Source: a virus (taxonomy: Duplodnaviria > Caudoviricetes). From it: DNA of 38,438 nucleotides. The notes beneath the pieces were generated by a model. The model saw only the letters and a list, made by a program, of their open reading frames with translations, had not been told where the DNA came from and did not search any database. The DNA lies in IMG/VR virus record IMGVR_UViG_3300028072_000159, positions 1-38,438 of that record; one strand, 5' to 3'. A program made the position numbers and the translations under genes. Positions 16,218-24,869 of this stretch are shown here, piece by piece. The first letter of the stretch is position 1; each line of letters starts with the position of its first letter.

Positions 16218-17132
16218 ATGTGCTCAGTAGCTCCCGCATCGCGGGATCGCCTGTCGGACAACCTCTCCGAGGAGGTTCTTCGCCTCGCGCCATCGCTCGA
16301 ACAACTCTGGCCCGGCCTCGAAGCGCAAGCCGCCAGCCAGGGACTTGTAGCGATGGCAGAGGAGAACGAGGAGACCGCCACCGCAGTAGAGGACCCGACG
16401 CCCCCCGAGACCGACCCGGAGGCGAAAGCCACGGACAACGAGACGGGGGATGGGGAAGTACCGTCCTTTCTGGACGAGTACGACCTGGGTGAAGTGCCGG
16501 AGGAGGGGCGGGAGGCCGTCGAGGCGCATATCAAGCGCATCTCGGGGGCCTACACGCGCCAGCGCCAGCAGGACACCCAGGCAATCCGGGACGCGAAGCA
16601 GCACGAAGAAATCGTTCAAGGGCTGCTCAACCCCCAGACCCAGGCCAGCGTCGCACAGGCGCTCGGCCTTCCCCTCGGTCAGGAATACGAAGACGCCCTC
16701 TATGAGGACGACGAATTCGGTGTCGATCCAGCCGTCCAGGAGCAGCTTGACGCAATGCGTGGCGAGCTGTCCCAGCGTGACGAACTCGCAGCTGCCGCCG
16801 AGGCAGAACAAGCCGAGAACCTTCAGATCGCGGAGGGGCTGGAGCAGATCGAACGCCAAACCGGCACCGAGCTGACCGACGAGGAAGTCGATGTGCTGAC
16901 AGCGCTGGCCGAAGAACACCCCGACGAGAACGGCGTGCCCGACGTGCAGGCCGGTTTCAGGGCCCTCGACGCGATAGTCGCGGGCCGTATCCAGGGAATG
17001 CGCACGCGGAAACCGCCGCGTCGCACGGGCTCAGGGGGTCCCGGGAATCCAAAGGTCGATCTCAACGATCCCGACCAGCAGATGGAGGCCATGGAGGCCG
17101 CCGTTGCCGCTGCGAGGGCATCCGGCGAATAA
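16218..17132 (+). CDS. Capsid scaffolding protein
   Basis: Acidic, helical; GAYTRQRQ motif; immediately upstream of MCP. Confidence 0.8.
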   Translation: MCSVAPASRDRLSDNLSEEVLRLAPSLEQLWPGLEAQAASQGLVAMAEENEETATAVEDPTPPETDPEAKATDNETGDGEVPSFLDEYDLGEVPEEGREAVEAHIKRISGAYTRQRQQDTQAIRDAKQHEEIVQGLLNPQTQASVAQALGLPLGQEYEDALYEDDEFGVDPAVQEQLDAMRGELSQRDELAAAAEAEQAENLQIAEGLEQIERQTGTELTDEEVDVLTALAEEHPDENGVPDVQAGFRALDAIVAGRIQGMRTRKPPRRTGSGGPGNPKVDLNDPDQQMEAMEAAVAAARASGE

Positions 17133-17144
17133 GGAGCGAAAGCG

Positions 17145-18377
17145 ATGGCGGTTCTCGAAACAACCCTCTGGGAAGCGGCCTTCAAGGAGGGCTGGACCCA
17201 GGAAACACTGGAGCGGCAGTTCTCCTCGGGGGACAAGGTCCTCGAAACGATGGAGACCAAGAAACCCGTGGACGGCAAGCTCGGCGAGTACGGGCTGACC
17301 CCGATTGAGACCTCGATGGGCGGCGGCGTCTCGATGGTGCCCAAAGGCGGGACCAAAGAACTGAACGAAGCCGACGGCCCCACGGTCAACCAGGCCAAAT
17401 GGGACTACGGGCGGATCTGGGGCGCGATTGAAATCGACACGGCGACGATCCGCAAGTCGAGCGGGTCGGACAAGGCAGTCGCCTCGGCCGCCTCGGAGGC
17501 GCAGAAGTCCAACCTCGGCAAGATGCGCCGCCAGCTCTCCCGCCAGCTCTTCATGGACCAGTCGGGGATCATCTGCCAGTGCCTGGCGACTGAAAAAGGC
17601 AAAAAAGTCAAACTGAAGATCACGGGCGAATACGGGCTCGGGGTCGAGGCGGTGCGCCAGCTCTGGCTGACCAAGGGCCAGGTCATCGACATCGGCACCA
17701 AAGCCGAACCGGCCTCGCTCGCCAAAGGCGTGAAAATCACCGCCGTGACCGACTCCGAAACGGAACCGATCATCACCGTCTCCGGCGAAGAAATCAAACC
17801 GGAAGAAACCCACTACATCACGATCGCGGGCTCGAAGTCGGGCGAAACGTCCTATGACATCTCGGGCTTCCGCCAGATCCTCTCCAAAACCGCAACCCTC
17901 GGAGGGGTCAAACCGGAAAGCGAGCCGAGCTGGATCGCCGCCTTCGTTGACACCTCGGGCGGCGCCATAACCCGCCAGCGACTGCTCGAATGCCGCATGG
18001 CGGTCGCCCAGCGCGAAGCCGACCCGGACTGGGCCATCACCTCCTTCAAACAGGTGCTGAACCTGGAAAACGAAACCTACGCCAACGTCCGTTTCGACGT
18101 CGGCGGCCAGAACCTCGGTGACGGCCAGTCAGCGGAAAGCGGGCGGCTCAAGGTGACCCCACACGCCAACTGCCCGAACGGGGACCTGAACCTGATGAGG
18201 CAGGAGAAAGTCTTCCTCCTGCGCGACCAGGCTCCCTACTGGGCGACGGAGGAGTACGGAGGCAAAATCCTGATGCTGAAGCTGGGCGGGACCTTCGTCT
18301 ACGGGGCACAGGAGTACATGCTGCAACTGGCTACCAACCGGCGCCTGGCCTTCGGCGGCTTCAGGGGCCTGGAATAG
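17145..18377 (+). CDS. Major capsid protein
   Basis: 410 aa after scaffold with strong RBS; RRQLSRQLFMDQSG and a C-terminal QLATNRRLAFG typical of P22-like coat proteins. Confidence 0.88.
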   Translation: MAVLETTLWEAAFKEGWTQETLERQFSSGDKVLETMETKKPVDGKLGEYGLTPIETSMGGGVSMVPKGGTKELNEADGPTVNQAKWDYGRIWGAIEIDTATIRKSSGSDKAVASAASEAQKSNLGKMRRQLSRQLFMDQSGIICQCLATEKGKKVKLKITGEYGLGVEAVRQLWLTKGQVIDIGTKAEPASLAKGVKITAVTDSETEPIITVSGEEIKPEETHYITIAGSKSGETSYDISGFRQILSKTATLGGVKPESEPSWIAAFVDTSGGAITRQRLLECRMAVAQREADPDWAITSFKQVLNLENETYANVRFDVGGQNLGDGQSAESGRLKVTPHANCPNGDLNLMRQEKVFLLRDQAPYWATEEYGGKILMLKLGGTFVYGAQEYMLQLATNRRLAFGGFRGLE

Positions 18378-18385
18378 GACTGATC

Positions 18386-18423
18386 TGGCTCCCGCCCCTA
18401 CTCTCTCCCGGGGGCGGGAGCCA
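18386..18423 (+). terminator. Strong hairpin after MCP (terminator or mRNA stabiliser)
   Basis: TGGCTCCCGCCCC/GGGGCGGGAGCCA 13-bp stem. Confidence 0.6.
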
Positions 18424-18442
18424 CTTCTGAAAGGAACCTGCA

Positions 18443-18766
18443 ATGGCGATCAAAGCCAAAGTTCTCGAAAGGGCTCGGGTCCCGGGGGCCGAACGCGTCA
18501 CCTTCACCGAAGTCACCTTTGACAGCGAATACGCGAAAGAAGGCGAGCCCTGCACGGCCAAAGAACTCGGCCTGCGACGGATCATCGGCCGCCCCCGCGT
18601 CTCGATCATCAACGCGACCGAAGCCGAAGCGCTGCCGATCCTCTGTGTCTACTACGACACGAAAGAATCCAAGCTGCGGGCGATCAACGCGAAAAACCAG
18701 AAAGAGATCGAAGAAAAAAAAGACCTCAGCAAAGTAGTCGTGGTCGTCGAAGCTCGCGGGTACTAG
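18443..18766 (+). CDS. Probable head decoration or minor structural protein
   Basis: AAGGA RBS; VTFDSEYAKEGE motif; directly after MCP. Confidence 0.7.
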   Translation: MAIKAKVLERARVPGAERVTFTEVTFDSEYAKEGEPCTAKELGLRRIIGRPRVSIINATEAEALPILCVYYDTKESKLRAINAKNQKEIEEKKDLSKVVVVVEARGY

Positions 18767-18775
18767 ACTCCGGCC

Positions 18776-18952
18776 ATGATCGCTGAAAGCTACCCAATCA
18801 CGACCTGCGACCTCCGCCTTACGTCCTCTGAAACAGGGTTCATCGTTTCGCGCCCCGTGACCGGTATCTTCGGCTCCGGGGACTCCCCGCTAAGCGCCCT
18901 GCGCGATTACGAGGTGGCGGTCGAAGAGCATCGCGAAGTCGAAGGGCCGTAG
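18776..18952 (+). CDS. Small HicB-N-like protein, probably leaderless
   Basis: Manual translation MIAESYP...GIFGSGDSPLSALRDYEVAVEE; TAGACT 6 nt before ATG. Confidence 0.5.
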   Translation: MIAESYPITTCDLRLTSSETGFIVSRPVTGIFGSGDSPLSALRDYEVAVEEHREVEGP

Positions 18953-18954
18953 CC

Positions 18955-19458
18955 ATGCCCGGCCTCCTGCTCCCCCGCTCCTACGCGGCCGAGGAGCTGA
19001 ACCGAATGCAGGAGGCCCGCGTGGACGAAGAGTTCCACGAAGCAGAGCGCTGGAACCGCGAGCTGAAGCGGATCGACCGCGAGCTCTCCCTGGTCTGGGT
19101 TGGCGAGCAGCCCTTCTCCTCCCAGGCCGCAGAACGCTTCCACATCCGCAAACGGGTCCCCGGAGGGCTCGACGGCTACATTCCCCTCCCCCCTCGCCCC
19201 CTCGGGCCATGGTTGCTCGATACGCTGCGCGAGGCCGATATGTGGGATGAGCGGGTACGCGGAGAACGACGGACCCGCGAAGGAAAAATCGAAGAGGCCA
19301 AGCGCCGCGCCCTGGCGCTCGAAGAGGAGCAGTCAGAGGACGAAGCCAGGCTTGCCGTGCGGGCCGCTAAGCGCCTGCGGGGCGACTCGGGGATGCAGGT
19401 CCGCACGGACCTCAAACGGGCGCCTCAGAAGGGCCAGCCATCACCTTCGCGGAACTGA
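18955..19458 (+). CDS. Hypothetical morphogenesis-region protein
   Basis: ELKRIDRELSLVW...LREADMW; GAAGGG RBS. Confidence 0.7.
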   Translation: MPGLLLPRSYAAEELNRMQEARVDEEFHEAERWNRELKRIDRELSLVWVGEQPFSSQAAERFHIRKRVPGGLDGYIPLPPRPLGPWLLDTLREADMWDERVRGERRTREGKIEEAKRRALALEEEQSEDEARLAVRAAKRLRGDSGMQVRTDLKRAPQKGQPSPSRN

Positions 19459-20066
19459 TCACCGAGGCTTGCTCTCGCGGCTTCTCTGACCTCCTCGACA
19501 AAGGGACCCAGGAAGCCCGCGTCAAACGCTGGGTCAACAGCGCTCACCGCGAGGTCTGTGACCTTGCACCCTGGGCCTTCCTGGAAAAATCAGCGGAAGG
19601 GAAAATGCCGCTCGAAGTCTCTGACCTGGGCCACGTCCTCGCCGTCACCTGCCCAACCCAGGAAACCGGCCTGCCCTTCCAGGACCGCCGCCGGGTCCTC
19701 AAGGCCGACCCCGCCCAAACCCAGACCGGCTCCGCCGAGTGCTGGTACCGGGAAGGCGTGAAAACGCTCAAGGTCTGGCCTGCGGATACCTCCTCGACCT
19801 TCAAGGTCCTCTACTGGAAGGTGCCCGCCGAACTGAAAGAAAGCGCCGACGAACCTCTCGTCCCTGCCGCCTACCACGACGACCTGATCGTCAGCGGCAC
19901 CGTGATTCGGCTCTTCAAGAACCGCAAAAACTACGAGGCTGCGCAGTTCGAGCGCCAGGAGTGGGAACGGGCCGCGCAGCGGCTCCTGCATGCGCTTGGC
20001 AAGCCCAACTACGACCGCAGCCGCGTCATCGCCCGGACTGGCACGGCCGCGGACTACTTGCAGTGA
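19440..20066 (+). CDS. Head-tail adaptor protein (apparent ATC start)
   Basis: In-frame extension (I/M)TFAELITEACSRGF...RVKRWVNSAHREVCDLAPWAFLE plus LKVWP and DEPLVPAAYHDDLIVSG motifs. Confidence 0.75.
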   Translation: MTFAELITEACSRGFSDLLDKGTQEARVKRWVNSAHREVCDLAPWAFLEKSAEGKMPLEVSDLGHVLAVTCPTQETGLPFQDRRRVLKADPAQTQTGSAECWYREGVKTLKVWPADTSSTFKVLYWKVPAELKESADEPLVPAAYHDDLIVSGTVIRLFKNRKNYEAAQFERQEWERAAQRLLHALGKPNYDRSRVIARTGTAADYLQ

Positions 20067-21619
20067 CCGAACCGCGCCCGATTCCCTTTGAGCGCTTCGG
20101 CAGCCTGAGACTCGACCAGTCGATCGACGAGGTGAGTCCTAGCGAAGCGATTCTGTTCCAGGACATGGACTGGAACGACGCTCAGATGGGCTCCCTGCGA
20201 CAGCGCGGCGGGGCAGCGGCGTGGAGCGACGAAGCAGCCGAAGAAACCGGCCGCCTGATCCCCCACCTGGGGCGCACCACCCGCCGCTTCATGGCCCATG
20301 TCGGCAACAAAAAAGTGATCGCCTACAACGTGACCGGGAAAGCCAAAGAGGAAGTGACCTACGAAACGACGGGGCTTCTGGGCTACTCGTTCTTCGCCAC
20401 CCCCACCGCCGACTTCACCTACATCTGCGGCGACTCGGGCAAGAAAGTCCTGCGCTACGCCGATGCCACCGGGACCTTCAGCGAACCGACCGCGACCGTG
20501 GACGGGGTGGCAGGCAAAGCGATGCCCAAACCCGCCTTCCTGATCGCTTGGCCCGAAGGGGACAACCGGATGATCGCCCTCAGTGGCGCCAGCGGCAAAT
20601 TCGGTCCCGGCGAAGCCGAAACGACATACTCCCACGCCTGGCTCTCAGACGCGGGCAACGCCGAGTCCTGGCACACGGTTGCCCCGGAAGCCAACTACCT
20701 GCAGCTATCGCCTGGCGACGGCGAGCGTTTCACCGGGGGCTGCGTCTGGAACGGCCAGGCCTTCATCTTCAAGAAGACGCGGATGTTCGTCCTCTACTCG
20801 GTTGACGAAGACTCCGAAGGGGCGCCGATCTTCAACTATCGCACGGTCGAGCTCGGCACCGAAATCGCCAACGAAAGCGCCAAAGAACTCGTTGACAACT
20901 GTTGCATCCCGACCCGCGAGGGAGTCGTCTTCCTCTCCTCGGACGGCATCTACATCACGACCGGGGGAACGCCGGTCAACCTGGCAGGAGCACTTGACCC
21001 CCTGGGACGCGCAGGCAAAGTGATCGGCCCGGCCGGGGAAGAAGGCACCGGCTTCGCCAACCTGAACGAATTCCCCTTCACGGTCTTCTACGGGCTCGCT
21101 TACACGCCCTGGGAGGGCCGTCTCTATGCCTTTTCCGAAGGGCTGATCCTCGTCTATGACTTCGACCGCCGGGCTTGGCTGACGCGCTCGGCGAAACTGA
21201 AGTCGATGGCCGTCTCCAACGTCTCTCCCACCGCTCCCGTGCTCAACTCCCTCTACCTGTCGAGCGGCAAACGGATCTACAAAGTTCTGGCGAGGGAAAC
21301 GGCCGACCCGACTGTGACCGTCAAACCCGTCTGGCAGTCGGGCTTCTACGGCCTCGAACTGCCCGATGAGAAGACACTGGACGAAGCGGAGGTACTGGGC
21401 TCGGGCAAAGGCGTGACGGTCTCTGGGCTGATCGACCTCGAAACCAAAGTGGGCTTCAAAGACGAAGTGACCTTCAACGGTTCCCGTGCGCGCCTCTACG
21501 AGGCCCAGACTGGGGCGCTCTTCAGCCACCGGATCGAAATCACCAAAGAAGGCAGCTACGTCAACCGCCTCGTGCGCTACCTGCGCGAGACCGAGACCGC
21601 GGGCTCTGAATCGCCGTGA
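20063..21619 (+). CDS. Tail nozzle or packaged-DNA stabilisation protein (P22 gp10-like beta-propeller)
   Basis: GTGA overlap start; WLSDAGNAESW, PGDGERFTG, FIFKK, VVFLSSDGIY, WQSGFY motifs. Confidence 0.78.
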   Translation: MTEPRPIPFERFGSLRLDQSIDEVSPSEAILFQDMDWNDAQMGSLRQRGGAAAWSDEAAEETGRLIPHLGRTTRRFMAHVGNKKVIAYNVTGKAKEEVTYETTGLLGYSFFATPTADFTYICGDSGKKVLRYADATGTFSEPTATVDGVAGKAMPKPAFLIAWPEGDNRMIALSGASGKFGPGEAETTYSHAWLSDAGNAESWHTVAPEANYLQLSPGDGERFTGGCVWNGQAFIFKKTRMFVLYSVDEDSEGAPIFNYRTVELGTEIANESAKELVDNCCIPTREGVVFLSSDGIYITTGGTPVNLAGALDPLGRAGKVIGPAGEEGTGFANLNEFPFTVFYGLAYTPWEGRLYAFSEGLILVYDFDRRAWLTRSAKLKSMAVSNVSPTAPVLNSLYLSSGKRIYKVLARETADPTVTVKPVWQSGFYGLELPDEKTLDEAEVLGSGKGVTVSGLIDLETKVGFKDEVTFNGSRARLYEAQTGALFSHRIEITKEGSYVNRLVRYLRETETAGSESP

Positions 21620-22254
21620 AGCCGCCCCGCACCGACTACGAACCCAAGCCCTTCGAGAACCTCTCGAACCCTCGGCTCCTGCGGCTCTTCGAAGCGGTCA
21701 ACGAGAACGTCCTGCACCTCTACGACCTCGCCAGCGAAGCGCCCGGCGGCATTTTCACCGAACTGCCGACCCGCAACCTCTTCGTCGGGCGCCGCATCGT
21801 CTACTCGGCCCCCAGCGGCCTCTGGGACCTCTTCTACGACGGCGAAGGCGAATACCCCTGGAAGAAGATCGGCGGGCCGCCCTTGCGAGCAAAGGACGCC
21901 GCAGGCGAACGCCTGGCGAAAACCGGGGAAGGCTTCCTGACCACCGGGGCACCCTCCATCACCGTCCCCCTGAAGATGGAATTCGACGCCGCCTTCGGGA
22001 CCCGCTTCCTCGCCTTCTCGACCGGCGGCTTCGCGACCCTGGGCCTCTTCGTCAACGGCGTCGAAAAAGACTGGGCGAAAGCGACCAACCAGGAGGCGGG
22101 GGGCGAAAACGAGGACGCCTTCCCGCTGCGAAACGACGCCCTCAACCTGACCGTCGAAGCGGGCAAAGCAATCGCCCTGCGCTACAAGGCCGAATTCTCG
22201 AACGACACCTTCTACCAGATGTACCTTGAGGTCGATCCGATCAGGGTCGGCTAG
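21616..22254 (+). CDS. Probable tail tip or spike component
   Basis: Follows the nozzle gene; beta-rich C-terminal domain. Confidence 0.55.
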   Translation: MKPPRTDYEPKPFENLSNPRLLRLFEAVNENVLHLYDLASEAPGGIFTELPTRNLFVGRRIVYSAPSGLWDLFYDGEGEYPWKKIGGPPLRAKDAAGERLAKTGEGFLTTGAPSITVPLKMEFDAAFGTRFLAFSTGGFATLGLFVNGVEKDWAKATNQEAGGENEDAFPLRNDALNLTVEAGKAIALRYKAEFSNDTFYQMYLEVDPIRVG

Positions 22255-22284
22255 GGTCCGGCCCAGGCTGTAGAAAGGACAGAC

Positions 22285-22953
22285 ATGGCAGCATACGGAA
22301 GCTCTTCGAACCCCCTCGTCAACACCGGCCTCCTGGGCAGAAAACCTCAGCCAACCGGACTCAACCAGCAAAGGCCACCTCGCCGAGGCAGGGAAATCCG
22401 GCCCAACGCGAAGCGCGAAGCGCTTGCCGCTCGCGTTGCCTTGACCCGCCAGCGGGCCAACCGAGGCGGCCCGACCCTGAACACCGGCCTCCTGGGCCGC
22501 AGGCCAACCACGCTCCCAGGGCCGCAGCGCCAGGCCCGTCCGGTCGAGGGTGCCAGGCCGATGGGGCCGCCCGGCAACAACGCAGCCCAGGTGAGCCCCA
22601 ACGCGGCGGTTATGGTTCGCCCGCGCTCAGAAGATGCCAGCGCGAGAGGGGCTAGTCTCGGGCGCCAGCTCTCTCGCCGAGTCGCGAGCGGAGCGATAGA
22701 CCAGGCGCAGGCGCAGCGCACAGCTAACCAGCGCCAGCTCCTCAAATGGGCCTTTGGCAAAGACTGGCGCACCCAGATCGGCGGCGGGCCTGGCAACGTG
22801 CGGCTTGCTCGCGAAGCGCTTGCCAAGGAACCCCAGAATCCACTTGTTCGGGCCAACTACGAAGCGCTGACCAAACGGCGCTCGCAGTTGATCAAGCACG
22901 CGAGAGGGATGAGGGCAGGCGGCCCGGCGCGAACGGAACCCTACGCCGCCTAG
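22285..22953 (+). CDS. Basic internal virion protein candidate
   Basis: AAAGGA RBS; Arg/Gln-rich; NTGLLGR repeated twice. Confidence 0.65.
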   Translation: MAAYGSSSNPLVNTGLLGRKPQPTGLNQQRPPRRGREIRPNAKREALAARVALTRQRANRGGPTLNTGLLGRRPTTLPGPQRQARPVEGARPMGPPGNNAAQVSPNAAVMVRPRSEDASARGASLGRQLSRRVASGAIDQAQAQRTANQRQLLKWAFGKDWRTQIGGGPGNVRLAREALAKEPQNPLVRANYEALTKRRSQLIKHARGMRAGGPARTEPYAA

Positions 22954-22959
22954 CGGGCG

Positions 22960-23673
22960 ATGGCGCATCCGCGACTAGTTGCGAGGGTTGCGGCCTCAAG
23001 AGCGCGCCGTGGCGCCTCAGGCGTCCAGAACGCCCGTCCCGCCCGTTCGGGGATCGGAGTAGGCCCAGGCCGCCCGGCAGGCCAAAGGCCGCCCAGGAAC
23101 CCCCAGGGGCCGCAGACACCCTCCTACACGCCCCCTGCACCGGTCGGCTCCCCCTGGGACGCGCAGGCCGAACGCGAAGCGGGCGAATCGCAGACCTCCT
23201 ACGGCGACCAGCTCGCCATGCTGCAAGGCAACTGGCAAGCGCGGGAAGACTGGTATGGGCTCGGGGCGACCAACAACCCCTACTCGCAGGCCTCTCTGCT
23301 GCAGCGCCGCCACGAAGTCGAACAGCGCGGGGTGCTGACCGGCTCGGGCAACCAGCTCTACGCGGGCTCGACCGTCAACGCAAGGGCTGCCACGGACCGC
23401 CGCTACAGCGTTGACCGCGAAGCCCTCGAAGCCCAGTTCGCCGCCGAGTCCTCCCAGCACGAACGCGAACAGGAAGCCCTGCAGCACGCCCGCGGAGCCG
23501 AAGGCGGGCGGATCAAGGAAGGCGCTATCGGGCGCGAAGAAGAACGCGAACCGCCGCCCGCTCCGCTCGGGCCGGGCAAACCCTCCGGCGGCGGCGGTAA
23601 AAAAGGCGGGAAAGCAGGCAAAAAAGGCCCAGGGGTGGGTGGCAACAAACCGGCCAGGAGAAGGAAACGATGA
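22960..23673 (+). CDS. Internal virion or ejection protein candidate
   Basis: Position; RGVLTGSG motif; basic termini. Confidence 0.65.
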   Translation: MAHPRLVARVAASRARRGASGVQNARPARSGIGVGPGRPAGQRPPRNPQGPQTPSYTPPAPVGSPWDAQAEREAGESQTSYGDQLAMLQGNWQAREDWYGLGATNNPYSQASLLQRRHEVEQRGVLTGSGNQLYAGSTVNARAATDRRYSVDREALEAQFAAESSQHEREQEALQHARGAEGGRIKEGAIGREEEREPPPAPLGPGKPSGGGGKKGGKAGKKGPGVGGNKPARRRKR

Positions 23674-24770
23674 AACCAGCGCAGCGCCAGAACAGAATGC
23701 GGCAGATCCGCGAACGCCGCGAAGCCCGTGGGCGCCAGCGCTTCATCGAACCGCTCACCGCCCACGGTGCCCGCAAGGTCTCCAAGGGGCTGGCCAAGCT
23801 CGAATTCGGCCCGACCGAAAGAGAGGTCCGTTCCCAGGTCCGCGGCTCGCGCAAGCGCGAAGGGGAACTAGGCCGCTGGTACGGCGAACTCGGGCAGGGC
23901 TATGACGAAGGCGGCAAACGCGCCCAGGAAGCTTTCGGCGCCGCCGAGGCCGCGACCAACCAACGCCTCGGCGCAGCCTCACAGAGAGCGCAGGAGACGC
24001 TGAAAGGACTGAGCGAAGGGGATGCGTCCTTCGCTGCGCTCGTAGGCGGTCCTCGCAACTCCAGCGGGCTCTCACAGGCCGCAGAAGCAGCCGCAGCGGC
24101 CGAACGTACCCGCGCAGCCGCCGCCGCTCCCCTGAGCACGATCAGGGCCGACTACGTTGCCTCCTACGCCCCGCGCGCCAACGCGGCGCGCCTGAAAGGG
24201 ATCGAGGCGCGCCAGAACGAGCGCGAACGGCGGCGCAAACTGCAACAGGACCTGGGGGCGCTGAAACGCGAACGGGGCGCTGGGGCGGTCAAGAGCTACC
24301 TCGGGCTGCGCGAACAGGACCAGACAGCGCAGGTTCAGAGGGCAGCGCTGGGCACTAAAGAAAACTACAACAAGGCACTCAACCTTCAGAGTCGCTTGGG
24401 CTACAAGGGGCGCGTCCAGCAGGCCCAGATCGAAGCCCAGGCCACTGCTCTGCTCGCCAGCGCGAAGCGCCGGGGGGCCACGGCCCAGGAAGAGGTCGCC
24501 CGCCTCTACAGCGAAGGCAAGGGACGGATGGCGAAGGCGCTGGAAAACGTGGCGCACATTCAGGGCAAGAACCAAAGCCGGGGGGGTGGTTACGGTTCGA
24601 TCCAGCAGGCTGAATCCATGCTGAAGGAGGCGGTTCGAACCGAAGGCGCTTTCAAGTCACCGGGCGAAGCCGTCGATTACCTGAATGGCAGCCGCTCGAT
24701 TCCTCGCGGCGTGGCCAAGCGCGCCGTCCACAATATCTGGCGCGCTGAAAGACGCAAGCATCGCCGCTAG
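23670..24770 (+). CDS. Internal virion or ejection protein candidate
   Basis: Helical, Ala/Gln/Arg-rich; ATGA overlap. Confidence 0.68.
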   Translation: MKPAQRQNRMRQIRERREARGRQRFIEPLTAHGARKVSKGLAKLEFGPTEREVRSQVRGSRKREGELGRWYGELGQGYDEGGKRAQEAFGAAEAATNQRLGAASQRAQETLKGLSEGDASFAALVGGPRNSSGLSQAAEAAAAAERTRAAAAAPLSTIRADYVASYAPRANAARLKGIEARQNERERRRKLQQDLGALKRERGAGAVKSYLGLREQDQTAQVQRAALGTKENYNKALNLQSRLGYKGRVQQAQIEAQATALLASAKRRGATAQEEVARLYSEGKGRMAKALENVAHIQGKNQSRGGGYGSIQQAESMLKEAVRTEGAFKSPGEAVDYLNGSRSIPRGVAKRAVHNIWRAERRKHRR

Positions 24771-24780
24771 GGGTGCTGAA

Positions 24781-24869
24781 TGGCAAGGATGCCATCCCCA
24801 TATCGTGGCACCCTTGCCATTGCGGTCCCTCGAATCCGGCTTGCTAGAGCCGTTCTGGCAAGGATGCCA
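24781..24869. repeat. Three TGGCA-N4-TGCCA palindromes
   Basis: 24781-24794, 24806-24819 and 24856-24869. Confidence 0.8.

Noticed and set aside
19739-20062. N-terminal extension of the nozzle ORF in the ORF track
   Set aside because: Overlaps the adaptor gene in another frame; GTG 20063 in a GTGA overlap is the likelier start.
24806-24819. Sigma-54 promoter (TGGCAC...TTGC)
   Set aside because: Spacing between the GG and GC elements is too short; better explained as one of the three palindromes.
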